This document shows positions 49,110 through 58,859 of a DNA stretch of 63,675 nucleotides, piece by piece. This DNA is from Nitrospirota bacterium (GTDB lineage: Bacteria; Nitrospirota; UBA9217), in contig JAYTJE010000068.1 of the NCBI GenBank assembly GCA_043731355.1, positions 1 to 63,675 on the forward strand, in the 5' to 3' direction. Every line of letters starts with the position of its first letter. The stretch's first letter is position 1. A model generated the notes under the pieces. It was not told where the DNA came from. It was given only the letters and a program-made list of their open reading frames with translations, and did not search any database. Made by a program: the position numbers and the translations under genes.

Positions 49110-49529
49110 ATGTCAATGCCCCCTGTTGTCAGCCGCGATCATGCCTGGTTATTCCGCGTCCTGCTGGCCGTCGCACTGCTGGCAATCTCCTTCCTTGCCA
49201 CGACCCGCCTCACCATCCCTGTTGCCAGGGAGATGAACGACAAGGTCAACCACGCGCTCGCCTTTTTTCTGCTCGCCCTGCTGGTCGATCATTCCTTTCC
49301 CGCGTGGAAGTTCCGGACCAAAGCGCTTGTTCTGATCGCCTATGGCCTTTCCCTCGAGCTTACGCAGGCGTATCTGCCTTACCGCAGTTGCTCGCTCTTT
49401 GACCTTGGGGCCGATGCAGTTGGTTTGGCTTTCTATGGCATCTGTATGCCGGCGCTCAGTTATTTGCCGGGCTTGGGAAAGGACCCGGGGAGATTGACCA
49501 GGAAAACCCGAAACGCTCCGAAGCCGTAA
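49110..49529 (+). CDS. VanZ-like family membrane protein
   Basis: NDKVNHALAFFLLALL...GLSLELTQAYLPYRSCSLFDLGADAVG pattern. Confidence 0.65.
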   Translation: MSMPPVVSRDHAWLFRVLLAVALLAISFLATTRLTIPVAREMNDKVNHALAFFLLALLVDHSFPAWKFRTKALVLIAYGLSLELTQAYLPYRSCSLFDLGADAVGLAFYGICMPALSYLPGLGKDPGRLTRKTRNAPKP

Positions 49530-49544
49530 AATGGAGAAACAGCC

Positions 49545-51755
49545 ATGAGCTCCCTGCCCATTTTCTCCTTAGTGCTATTCTCGTTTTGTTCACTGTCGGC
49601 CGGTGCGTCAGAACTGGTCCACCACGACCTTAAGGTCGCGCTCTCGCCGGCCGAGCATCGTCTGAAAGTCATCGATACGATCACGCTGCCCGCCGGGTTT
49701 CCCCGGGATTTCACCTTCGCGCTGCACGCCGGCCTCAAACCGGAGTCCTCGACCCGAGGGGTAAAGATCACCAAAGAAGCGGACGCGGCGCGCGCAGTTC
49801 CTGTTGAAATCTACCGGGTGCGGCTTCCCGCAGTCATCCGCGCCTTCACGGTCAAGTACCGCGGTGTCATCGACCATCCGCTGACAGCCGCGGGCGCGGA
49901 ACAGGCGCGGGGTTTCCAGGATTCTCCGGGGCTGATCATAGCGGACGGCGTTGTCCTTTCAGGGAACACGAACTGGTATCCCGATCTTGGCGCGGGCCTC
50001 ATGACCTTTGATCTGGAGGTCGCGTTGCCTGCGCAATGGGACGCGGTGAGCCAGGGCGAACGCACACTCCACGAGCAGAAGAAAAAAAAGAGCACGGTGC
50101 GCTGGCGGTCTCCGGAACCGCAGGAAGAAATCTACCTGGTGGCGGCGAAGTTTATTGAATACGACGGGCCCGCGGGCCATGCCGAGGCAATGGCCTTCCT
50201 GCGCACGCCCGATCCCGGTCTGGCCGACAAGTATCTCGCAGCCACAACAAACTACCTCGCCATGTACGAGAAGCTCATCGGACCCTACCCCTACAAAAAA
50301 TTCGCGCTCGTCGAGAATTTCTGGGAAACAGGCTTCGGCATGCCGAGCTTCACGCTGCTCGGTCCGAAGATCATCCGTCTGCCGTTTATCATCAACAGCT
50401 CCTATCCGCACGAGATCCTGCACAACTGGTGGGGGAACAGTGTGTTTCCGGAGTATGAGAGCGGCAACTGGTCCGAAGGGCTCACCGCCTATCTCGCGGA
50501 CCATTTGATGAAAGAGCGGCAGGGCAAGGGAGCCGAGTACCGGTTGAATACGCTCCAGAAATACGCGGACTATGTTACGACCGGAAAAGACTTTCCGCTT
50601 ACGCGGTTCCGTTCGCGCCACAGTTCCTCCTCCGAAGCGATCGGGTACGGCAAGGCGCTCATGTTCTTCCACCTGCTGCGGCTCGAAATGGGCGACGACG
50701 TTTTTAAACGGGGACTGCGAACTTTTTATAAAACCTACCGGCGCCGGGTTGCGAGCTTTGACGATCTTCGCATGAGCTTTGAAACCGCTTCAGGAAAAGA
50801 CCTGGCGCGGGAGTTTGAGCAATGGGTCGCGCGGACCGGCGCGCCGAGCCTTGCGGTGAGCGAAGCCACGGCGGTTGCGGTGCAGGACGGGTTCATTCTT
50901 TCAGCCCGGCTCGAACAGACCCAGCCGGGCGAGGCCTATGCGCTTCGCGTTCCCGTTGCCGTGACCATGGGCGGCAGGGACAAGGCCTTCCAGCTCGTGG
51001 TGGAGATGAATGGCAAAAAACTGGAGATGAACCTTCGGGTGCCGGGGCGTCCGGTGAGACTGGACATTGACCCCGAGTTCGATCTGTTCCGCAGGCTTGA
51101 TCGCTCGGAAATTCCGCCGGCCATCTCGCAGGCGCTGGGCGCAAAAAAAATGCTGGTCCTTTTGCCGTCGTCAGCGCCACAAGAACTGCTCCAGGCCTAC
51201 CGCGAGCTTGCCGCCTCCCTCGGAAGGTCCGGGCCGGATGAAATAGAAGTCAAGCTCGATAGCGAGGTAGCGGCAATTCCCTCGGATCGCACCGTGACTC
51301 TGCTTGGCTGGGAAAACCTTTTTCTGAATGACATGAGAACCGCCCTTTCCGGATATGATCTGCTGGTAAGCCCCGAGGCGGTTCGCATCGGCCAGACGGA
51401 GTTCAATCGGAGCGGACATGCATTCGTGTTTTCCGCTCGGCTTCCGAAGAGCAGGGAGCACGCCCTGCTGTTCATTGCCGCGGACCGCGCGGACGCACTG
51501 CCCGGCCTGGGCAGGAAGCTGCCGCACTATCACCAGGAGAGCTATCTTGTTTTCGAGGGCAATGAACCGGTTAACGTTGAAAAAGGGCGATGGCCGGTTG
51601 TCGATTCCCTCCTGACCGCGCTGCTGCCTGATGCTGACGGAAAAGTGCGCAGGGTAGGAATGGGCAAACTGGCAGTGCGGAAGCCGCTGGCCCTGCTTCC
51701 CGCGATCGTTTCAAAAGAATCGTTTACTCCGACGGGTCACCACAAGAGCAACTGA
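49545..51755 (+). CDS. secreted M1-family zinc metallopeptidase
   Basis: Signal peptide. HEILHNWWGN with the third ligand in WSEGLTAY (HEXXH-X18-E). Confidence 0.85.
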   Translation: MSSLPIFSLVLFSFCSLSAGASELVHHDLKVALSPAEHRLKVIDTITLPAGFPRDFTFALHAGLKPESSTRGVKITKEADAARAVPVEIYRVRLPAVIRAFTVKYRGVIDHPLTAAGAEQARGFQDSPGLIIADGVVLSGNTNWYPDLGAGLMTFDLEVALPAQWDAVSQGERTLHEQKKKKSTVRWRSPEPQEEIYLVAAKFIEYDGPAGHAEAMAFLRTPDPGLADKYLAATTNYLAMYEKLIGPYPYKKFALVENFWETGFGMPSFTLLGPKIIRLPFIINSSYPHEILHNWWGNSVFPEYESGNWSEGLTAYLADHLMKERQGKGAEYRLNTLQKYADYVTTGKDFPLTRFRSRHSSSSEAIGYGKALMFFHLLRLEMGDDVFKRGLRTFYKTYRRRVASFDDLRMSFETASGKDLAREFEQWVARTGAPSLAVSEATAVAVQDGFILSARLEQTQPGEAYALRVPVAVTMGGRDKAFQLVVEMNGKKLEMNLRVPGRPVRLDIDPEFDLFRRLDRSEIPPAISQALGAKKMLVLLPSSAPQELLQAYRELAASLGRSGPDEIEVKLDSEVAAIPSDRTVTLLGWENLFLNDMRTALSGYDLLVSPEAVRIGQTEFNRSGHAFVFSARLPKSREHALLFIAADRADALPGLGRKLPHYHQESYLVFEGNEPVNVEKGRWPVVDSLLTALLPDADGKVRRVGMGKLAVRKPLALLPAIVSKESFTPTGHHKSN

Positions 51756-51830
51756 CCCTCGCAAATCGTCAGCCTGAGCCGCACCGCATTCCCCGTTGAC
51801 TTTGTTACGACGCCCTGTTATTGTGCCGCC

Positions 51831-52604
51831 ATGATCGCCATCTCACTTCAGTCGGGCAGCAGCGGCAACTGCATCTACGTCGAGACCTGCGGCGTCAGGC
51901 TTCTGCTTGACGCGGGGATCACCGGCGTACAGGCTGCCGAGCGGCTGGCGCACCATGGCCGCGATATCCGGAAGGTGGACGCGGTCATCATATCGCACGA
52001 CCACGGCGACCATATCAGCCATGCCGGCGTGTTCCAGCGCAAGTTCGGTCTGCCGATCTACGTTACGCCGGCCACGCTCGCCGCCGCTGCATCGCGCAGC
52101 AGCACGCTGGGCAAGCTGAAGGACATCCGTTCCTTCCGGTCGGGCGATAGGCTCAAGTTCGGCGAGGTCCAGGTCCACACCATCTCGACGCCGCACGACG
52201 CCGTGGATGGTTCGGTCTTTGTGATCGAGGCGGGTGGTAAACGGCTGGGCGTTATGACCGATTTGGGGCATGTGTTCAAGGACCTCATCCACCTTGTTTC
52301 CTCCCTTGATGCGGTGTTCCTCGAAAGCAACTACGATCCGGAGATGCTTGACCACGGGCCGTATCCCGCGTTTCTCAAGCAGCGGATCAAGGGGCCCAGG
52401 GGCCATATTTCGAACAACGAGGCCGCCGAGGTCCTGCGCCGCGCAGGCGAGGCAGGCCGTCTCCAGTGGGCCTGTCTGTCCCATCTTTCCGACAAGAACA
52501 ACCGGCCCGAGGTGGCGCTCAAGACCCACCGCGCCGTTGTCGCCAGGCACATCAAGCTGTATACCGCAGACCGGTATACTGTATCCGACCTCTTCTCCAT
52601 CTGA
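51831..52604 (+). CDS. MBL-fold metallo-hydrolase
   Basis: ISHDHGDHISH motif. Size and layout resemble YycJ/PhnP-type proteins. Confidence 0.8.
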   Translation: MIAISLQSGSSGNCIYVETCGVRLLLDAGITGVQAAERLAHHGRDIRKVDAVIISHDHGDHISHAGVFQRKFGLPIYVTPATLAAAASRSSTLGKLKDIRSFRSGDRLKFGEVQVHTISTPHDAVDGSVFVIEAGGKRLGVMTDLGHVFKDLIHLVSSLDAVFLESNYDPEMLDHGPYPAFLKQRIKGPRGHISNNEAAEVLRRAGEAGRLQWACLSHLSDKNNRPEVALKTHRAVVARHIKLYTADRYTVSDLFSI

Positions 52605-52677
52605 CCGAACCCCCTTCCGGACTGAAATATTCCGCGCCAATACGTGTGCCGTTTCTGGTATATTTGCAGGGTAAGCA

Positions 52678-54978
52678 ATGATGAACAATGAAAAACAAGA
52701 CCGCCTTATCGAAGCCGAGGCCCAGCTTGCCCTCACGATCCGGACCATGCCTCTCGGGTACATTGTGTGGGACCGGGACCTGTACGCGCTCGAATGGAAT
52801 GGGGCGGCCGAGCGCATCTTCGGCTGGTCCGCCGCGGAGATAACGGGAAAACCCGCGTCGCTCCTTATGCCGTTCCTTGCCGAGGACACCGCTCCGGACC
52901 CGCTGCAGACGGCGCTCCTCCCGAAAGGCGATTCCGGCACAACCGTGATGAAATGCGTCGGCAAGGATGGCGCCGCCCTTGTCTGCGAATGGCACACGTC
53001 CGTGCTGCGCGACGCCTCAGGCATGGTGCGGGGCTATCTCTCCATGGTCAGGGACTTCACGGCCCGGGAACAGGCGGAGCGGGAGTTGCGCCAGAGCCGA
53101 ACTTTTTTACAGACCATCATCGATACCGAGCCGGAATGCGTGAAGCTGATCGACAAGGACGGCGCGCTGCTGATGATGAACCAGGCCGGGCTCGACATGA
53201 TCCAGGCCGGATCCCTGGAGCAGGTCCGGGGCCATGCTCTGGGGCCGTTCATTGCAGCCGAAGATCGCGGACCTTTCACGGCGCTGCTCCATGAGGTGTT
53301 CCGGGGAAAGACGGGCGGTCTTGAGTTCGACATGGTCGGCTTAAAGGGAAGAAAGCTCAGGCTCGAAAGCCACGCCGTGCCGCTCCGGAATGAGAAGAAC
53401 GAGATCGTAGCGCTTCTGGCCGTCACGCGCGACGTGACGCAGCGCTGTGAAGCGGAAGAGGCGCTCAAAAAAGAGCGCGACTTTATCGCCAAGGTGCTGG
53501 ACATCGTGGGCGCCATGGTCCTGGTCCTCGACCGGACCGGGACGATCGTCCGGTTCAACCATACCTGCGAGGAGGTGAGCGGATACACGGCAGCGGAAGC
53601 GCTCGGCAGGCACGTCTGGGATTTTCTGGTCCCACCTGAGCAGATCCCGGGGGTCAGGAAGATGTTTGCGAACCTGACCGCAGGCATGTTCCCGAGCAGA
53701 TACGAGAACTGCTGGGTGACGAAGGACGGGAAACGCAAACTCATCGCCTGGTCCAACACGGCGCTTGTGAACGGGTCGAACGAGGTGGAGTATGTGATCC
53801 CCACCGGCATCGACCTCTCGGAACGGGCGAAGCTCGAAGAGCAGCTGCGCCACTCGCAGAAGATGGAGTCCCTCGGCGCGCTGGCCGGCGGCATTGCTCA
53901 TGACTTTAACAACATCCTTACGGCCATCACCGGCTATGGAAGCCTGCTGGCGGCAAAGCTGGCCGGCAACGAGCCGCTCAAGGCGTATGTCGCACAGATG
54001 ATGACCGCGGCGACGCGGGGAGCCGCGCTGACGCAGGGACTCCTGGCGTACGGCCGGAAGCAGCTGCTCTACCCCGTGCCGGTGAACCTGAATGAGATCG
54101 TGGCCCGCGTCGGCGATTTCCTCAAGCGGCTGATCGGCGAGGACATCGAGCTGAAGATGCTGCTGGCGGACGGGGACCTGACGGTCCTGGCCGATGCGGT
54201 CCAGATCGAGCAGGTGCTCATGAACATCGCGACCAATGCGCGTGAGGCCATGGCCGGCGGCGGCTATTTTTTCCTCGAAACCGCAGTGGAGGTGGTGGAT
54301 GCCGCGGCGGCCGCGGAGCATGGCCTGGACAGGGCCGGGTTGTATGCCGTGGTCACACTGACGGATACGGGCAAGGGCATGGATGACGCGACCCGGGCGC
54401 GCATCTTCGAGCCTTTCTTCACGACCCGGGAGCGGGGCACGGGGACCGGCCTGGGCCTCTCAATCGCCTACGGCATTATCAAACAGCACAACGGCGCAAT
54501 CAGCGTCATCAGCGAGCCCGGCAGGGGGACCACGTTCAAGGTCTATCTTCCGCTGGCGCGGGTCGCGGACGCGGGAAAACCCGCGCCGGGCGATGCCGTG
54601 ATCATCGGCGGCACGGAGACCGTGCTGGTGGCGGAGGATGATGACGTCGTCAGGCAGGTCATGGCAGCCATGCTTTCGCAGTACGGCTACCGCGTTATCG
54701 AGGCGCGCGACGGCGAGGAGGCCGTGAACCGGTTCATGGAAAAGCGGGACCAGATACAATTGCTGCTCCTGGACGCTCTTATGCCGAAGAAGACCGGCCG
54801 CGAAGCCTATGACAAGATCAGGATCTTTCGGCCGGAGGCGAAGGCCCTGTTCCTGAGCGGTTATCCCGCTGACGTCATGGCGGCACGGGGGCTGATCGAA
54901 CCGGGGACGCCGGTCATGGTCAAACCGGTCGGCATGGATGAATTGCTGAGGAAAGTTCGCGCTGAGCTGGACCGGTGA
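52678..54978 (+). CDS. PAS-rich hybrid sensor histidine kinase/response regulator
   Basis: Three PAS-like segments. H-box GIAHDFNNIL. DTGKGMD and GTGLGLS boxes. C-terminal receiver VLVAEDDD...LLLLDALMPKKTG. Confidence 0.9.
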   Translation: MMNNEKQDRLIEAEAQLALTIRTMPLGYIVWDRDLYALEWNGAAERIFGWSAAEITGKPASLLMPFLAEDTAPDPLQTALLPKGDSGTTVMKCVGKDGAALVCEWHTSVLRDASGMVRGYLSMVRDFTAREQAERELRQSRTFLQTIIDTEPECVKLIDKDGALLMMNQAGLDMIQAGSLEQVRGHALGPFIAAEDRGPFTALLHEVFRGKTGGLEFDMVGLKGRKLRLESHAVPLRNEKNEIVALLAVTRDVTQRCEAEEALKKERDFIAKVLDIVGAMVLVLDRTGTIVRFNHTCEEVSGYTAAEALGRHVWDFLVPPEQIPGVRKMFANLTAGMFPSRYENCWVTKDGKRKLIAWSNTALVNGSNEVEYVIPTGIDLSERAKLEEQLRHSQKMESLGALAGGIAHDFNNILTAITGYGSLLAAKLAGNEPLKAYVAQMMTAATRGAALTQGLLAYGRKQLLYPVPVNLNEIVARVGDFLKRLIGEDIELKMLLADGDLTVLADAVQIEQVLMNIATNAREAMAGGGYFFLETAVEVVDAAAAAEHGLDRAGLYAVVTLTDTGKGMDDATRARIFEPFFTTRERGTGTGLGLSIAYGIIKQHNGAISVISEPGRGTTFKVYLPLARVADAGKPAPGDAVIIGGTETVLVAEDDDVVRQVMAAMLSQYGYRVIEARDGEEAVNRFMEKRDQIQLLLLDALMPKKTGREAYDKIRIFRPEAKALFLSGYPADVMAARGLIEPGTPVMVKPVGMDELLRKVRAELDR

Positions 54979-54985
54979 AGAAACC

Positions 54986-55139
54986 CTAAAAGCATTTGAC
55001 ACGGAAGGGACGGATTAACGTATGATAAAAGCGGATAAATTCCAAAGCAAGGCATTCACCTTTTGGGTGGATCTTTTGCAAAAGAAATTTCCGCCCTTAT
55101 CCGGCACGTATCCGCTTTTATCCGTGTCAAAGGTTTTTT
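54986..55139. repeat. MITE-like intergenic element, TTTGACAC family, copy 1
   Basis: Terminal inverted repeats CTAAAAGCATTTGACACGG ... CCGTGTCAAAGGTTTTTT. The internal GATAAAAGCGGATAAA module is shared with copy 4 in the opposite orientation. Confidence 0.6.
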
Positions 55140-55226
55140 GCCCTTTTGTCCGGCATTACTACGCACAACCCGCCAGAACTCCTGAAATTCTTTGCCCAAT
55201 CCCGTCAAGCATAGTATAATCCCCGC

Positions 55227-56954
55227 ATGTCACGAAAGCTCCACGATAAAACCGATGCCTTGCTCGCTGTTGAGCGCGGGGCCATCACGAAAGCCCGCGA
55301 TGCCGAAGTCTCGATCGCGCTTGCCTATCCCAACACCTACCACGTGGGCATGTCGAACCTCGGCGTACACCAGATCTATGCCATCCTGAACCGCCGCACG
55401 GACACGGCATGCGAACGCGTGTTCCTGCCGGATGAAGAAGATATTGAAGAGTATGACAAGAGCAATACCCGGCTTTACAGTATGGAAAGCAAGCGGCCGG
55501 TCAGGGAGTTTGACGTCCTCGCCTTCTCCGTTTCCTTTGAACAGGACTACCTCAATATCCTGGAAATGCTGCGGCTCTCCGGCGTCCCGCTTGATAAAAA
55601 AGAACGAACTGCGGACGATCCGCTGGTGATCCTCGGCGGCATCTGCTCGTTTTTTAATCCGGAGCCGCTCGTTGACTTCTTCGACGTGGTGATCGTGGGC
55701 GAGGGCGAAGAGGTCGCCGGCGAGTTTGTTCAGACCTATAAAGAGCACCGGACACAGGGCCGCTTCGAACTGCTTCGGGCCGTGAGCCGGATCCCCGGAG
55801 CCTATGTCCCCGAGTTTTACGAGGTGGTTTATGGCGAAGACAACACTATCAAAGAACGGAAGCTGCTTGAACCGTCCGCGCCAGCGCAGATCGTAAAACG
55901 CATTGCGCAGGATTTTAACCGGCTGCCGGCGGCCACGGTCATCCTGACGCCGAACACCGAGTTCAGCGACAGGCGTCTTGTGGAGCTCACGCGCGGCTGC
56001 GGCAGGCACTGCCGGTTTTGCATGGCCGGGTATATCTATCTCCCGCCGCGTAATCTTGGTCTCGACGAAGCAAAGCGGCAGGCGGCACAGGCTGATGAAC
56101 AATGCGGAAAGATCGGGCTCGTCGGCGCCGCGCTGTCGGACTATCCTGACATCGGGGAGCTCTGCTCCGCCATCGAAGGAGGCCTGTCTGTCTCGTCGCT
56201 CCGCGCGGACTCGGTGAGCAAGGCGCTGCTTGACCGCCTGGCGGCAAGCGGGCACAAGACCATTGCCATCGCGCCCGAAGCAGGGTCGGAGCGTCTCAGG
56301 AAGGTGATCAACAAAGGTGTAACCGAAGAGGATATCCTGCGTGCGGCGGATATGATCTTCGGCAGCGGCATCCCCAATCTCAAGCTCTATTTCATCCTGG
56401 GCCTGCCCACGGAAACACAGGAGGATGTGGAAGCCATCATTGCGCTGGCGCTGAAAGTTCGTGACGTACAGCTCAAACATGCGCGCCCCCAGGGCAGGAT
56501 CGGCAGGATCACGCTCTCGGTGAACTCCTTTGTGCCGAAGCCCATGACGCCTTTTCAGTGGGACCCTATGGAGGCTGTCGAAAGTCTGAATAAAAAGCAG
56601 CGACTGCTCGAAAAAGCAGTGCGCAGGACCGGGAACATGAACATGATCCACGATCTTCCAAAATGGGAATATGTCCAGGCCCTGCTCTCGCGCGGCGACC
56701 GGCGCATCGGCAAACTGATCCGGCTCGCCCATGAAAAGCAGGGTGACTGGAAAAGCGCAGCCAGGGCGCTCCGCATGAACACGGATTTCCATGTAACGCG
56801 CCGACGCGCTTTTGACGAGGTCCTGCCCTGGGATTTTATTGACATCGGAGTTCGGAAAGATTATCTTATGAACGAACGCGAACGGGCGTTGGAAGGCAAG
56901 TTTACGCCAATCTGCAGGGTGGGTTCGTGCAAGACTTGCGGGGTGTGCAAGTAG
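55227..56954 (+). CDS. B12-binding-domain radical SAM protein (TIGR03960-like)
   Basis: CGRHCRFC CxxxCxxC cluster in LTRGCGRHCRFCMAGYIY. N-terminal B12-like domain. Confidence 0.85.
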   Translation: MSRKLHDKTDALLAVERGAITKARDAEVSIALAYPNTYHVGMSNLGVHQIYAILNRRTDTACERVFLPDEEDIEEYDKSNTRLYSMESKRPVREFDVLAFSVSFEQDYLNILEMLRLSGVPLDKKERTADDPLVILGGICSFFNPEPLVDFFDVVIVGEGEEVAGEFVQTYKEHRTQGRFELLRAVSRIPGAYVPEFYEVVYGEDNTIKERKLLEPSAPAQIVKRIAQDFNRLPAATVILTPNTEFSDRRLVELTRGCGRHCRFCMAGYIYLPPRNLGLDEAKRQAAQADEQCGKIGLVGAALSDYPDIGELCSAIEGGLSVSSLRADSVSKALLDRLAASGHKTIAIAPEAGSERLRKVINKGVTEEDILRAADMIFGSGIPNLKLYFILGLPTETQEDVEAIIALALKVRDVQLKHARPQGRIGRITLSVNSFVPKPMTPFQWDPMEAVESLNKKQRLLEKAVRRTGNMNMIHDLPKWEYVQALLSRGDRRIGKLIRLAHEKQGDWKSAARALRMNTDFHVTRRRAFDEVLPWDFIDIGVRKDYLMNERERALEGKFTPICRVGSCKTCGVCK

Positions 56955-56975
56955 GCAAGGACGAAAAGAACAGGG

Positions 56976-57086
56976 CTTTTTTGACACGGATCAAATCGGA
57001 TAAAAAGAGGATTTTCACGGAAACAGCAAGGCCCCTTCCGACCTTATCATAAACAAATCCGCCCTGATCAGTGTCAAAGGTTTTTT
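56976..57086. repeat. MITE-like intergenic element, TTTGACAC family, copy 2
   Basis: CTTTTTTGACACGGATCAAATCGGATAAAAAG ... CAGTGTCAAAGGTTTTTT. Confidence 0.6.
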
Positions 57087-57109
57087 AGGTAATTAGTTCA
57101 CGGTCTTTC

Positions 57110-57874
57110 ATGAAAATAGGAACAGAAGGAAAAGCCTTTTTAAAGCTGCCTGCGCTGGATACTATCGACAGCATCTCTCATGCCTTCACCACGCGACAGG
57201 GCGGTCTTGGCGCACGGAACAGCGGCATCAAGTCGCCTGACGACTGGAATGCCGTGGCCGAGGCTTTCGGCATTGTGTCCGGCCGTCTGGTTACCGTGAA
57301 CCAGGCGCACGGCGAGGCCATCGTCACGGTCGACGCACGGAATTATGCGGGCCTGCGTACGGCGCAGGCTGACGGCCTGATCACAAAGGCGCGCGGCATC
57401 GCCATCGGCATCGAGACCGCCGACTGCGTCCCGATCCTGCTCATCGATCCGGTCACGCCGGCCATCGGCGCGGTGCATGCCGGCTGGCGCGGCACGGTGC
57501 GGAAGCTCGCGCAAAAGACCATAAGAAAGATGCAGAGCGAGTTCGGCGCCGACCCTTCCCGCATGATCGCAGCCTTCGGCCCCGCTATCGGGCCCGAATG
57601 CTATGAAGTTGATGAACCGGTGATGGGTCCGGTGCAACGGAATTTCCCGTTCTGGAAAGAGGTCGCGGTGTCCCGCGGTAAGGACAAGTGGGGGCTGGAC
57701 CTGGTGAAGCTGAACCACAGGGAACTGCTCCAGGCCGGCCTGGCTGAACAGAATGTTCATTCGCTCGGCATGTGCACATCCTGCAGAAAAGATCTGTTCT
57801 ATTCGTTCCGAGCCGAGGGCCGGACCGGCAGGATGCTGTCGGCGGTGATGATACGTGAAGCGAATAACCTTTGA
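57110..57874 (+). CDS. pgeF: peptidoglycan editing factor PgeF / YfiH (DUF152 laccase-domain) protein
   Basis: IETADCVPILL and HAGWRGT motifs. Confidence 0.88.
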   Translation: MKIGTEGKAFLKLPALDTIDSISHAFTTRQGGLGARNSGIKSPDDWNAVAEAFGIVSGRLVTVNQAHGEAIVTVDARNYAGLRTAQADGLITKARGIAIGIETADCVPILLIDPVTPAIGAVHAGWRGTVRKLAQKTIRKMQSEFGADPSRMIAAFGPAIGPECYEVDEPVMGPVQRNFPFWKEVAVSRGKDKWGLDLVKLNHRELLQAGLAEQNVHSLGMCTSCRKDLFYSFRAEGRTGRMLSAVMIREANNL

Positions 57875-57950
57875 CACTGAAAATGCATGATGTCTTATGA
57901 TTTTCACAGATACATCATATAAAATCAGTGAAGATCAGCGTCAAAAAAAG
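57863..57950. repeat. degenerate TTTGACAC-family element, copy 3
   Basis: AATAACCTTTGACACTG ... CAGCGTCAAAAAAAG. The pgeF stop TGA (57872-57874) lies inside TTTGACAC. Confidence 0.4.
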
Positions 57951-57967
57951 ATCCAGTGATACGTGTT

Positions 57968-58654
57968 ATGTCAGTTTCTGATAATTATACTATAGTCACG
58001 AACCGGATCGCCGCGGCGGCGAAGCGGGCGGGCCGGGATCCTTCTTCGGTCAGGCTCGTCACGGTCACCAAGACTGTCAGCATCGAGAAGATCCGGGAAG
58101 TATTGTCCGCTGGCGCCGCGATCCTCGGCGAAAACCGGGTGCAGGAAGCCAAAGAGAAGATCGAGCAGCTCGGTCATCATGCTTACTGGCATCTGATCGG
58201 CCAGCTCCAGACGAACAAAGCGAAATATGCGGTAAAACTGTTCGACCTTATTCACTCGGTCGACAACCTGGAGCTTGGAACGGAGCTTGACAAGCAGGCG
58301 GCAAAGGCGGGGAAGGTCCAGGACGTGCTGATCGAGGTGAGCATTGCGGGCGAGGCTGCCAAGGCAGGAGTGGCTATTGACGATGCAATAAATCTTGTAA
58401 GGAAAGCGGCATTGCTCAACAACATCAGGATCAAAGGGCTTATGACCATGCCGCCCTATTCGGACAATCCCGAGAATGCTCGCCCTTACTTCAAAAAGCT
58501 CAAGGAACTTTCTTCTGCCATATATAGAGAGAACATTCCCGAGGTTTCGATGGCCGAGCTCTCCATGGGTATGAGCGGCGATTATGAAGTTGCCATAGAA
58601 GAAGGCGCGACCCTGGTGAGAGTGGGAACGGCGATATTCGGTACACGGGCGTAG
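57968..58654 (+). CDS. yggS: YggS-family pyridoxal-phosphate homeostasis protein
   Basis: VRLVTVTKTVSIEKIREVLSAGAAILGENRVQEA and HLIGQLQTNK motifs. Confidence 0.9.
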   Translation: MSVSDNYTIVTNRIAAAAKRAGRDPSSVRLVTVTKTVSIEKIREVLSAGAAILGENRVQEAKEKIEQLGHHAYWHLIGQLQTNKAKYAVKLFDLIHSVDNLELGTELDKQAAKAGKVQDVLIEVSIAGEAAKAGVAIDDAINLVRKAALLNNIRIKGLMTMPPYSDNPENARPYFKKLKELSSAIYRENIPEVSMAELSMGMSGDYEVAIEEGATLVRVGTAIFGTRA

Positions 58655-58673
58655 CGATGAATGAGGTCAAAAG

Positions 58674-58834
58674 TTTACCGCAGAGGACGCAGAGGAAGGA
58701 TAGACGACAATTGTGGCGAGTCTTTGTTGGCAAAGATAGATTACGATAAAAAAACAAAAATCGCAGGGGCGAGGACTTGATAAACGCCGGTAGTGAGGCA
58801 TTTCAAGCATTTCTCTGCGTCCTCTGCGGTGAAA
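58674..58834. repeat. 161-bp MITE-like element with a 17-bp perfect terminal inverted repeat core
   Basis: TTTACCGCAGAGGACGCAGAGGAA (58674-58697) versus TTCTCTGCGTCCTCTGCGGTGAAA (58811-58834). Confidence 0.6.
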
Positions 58835-58859
58835 GAATTTGAACTTCAAGGAGATGTCT

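Noticed and set aside
55022-55219. Short ORFs lying inside intergenic repeat elements (55022-55219 +, 58500-58757 -, 58667-58921 -)
   Set aside because: They are translations of the MITE-like repeats, lack RBS context, and are composed of repeat words.
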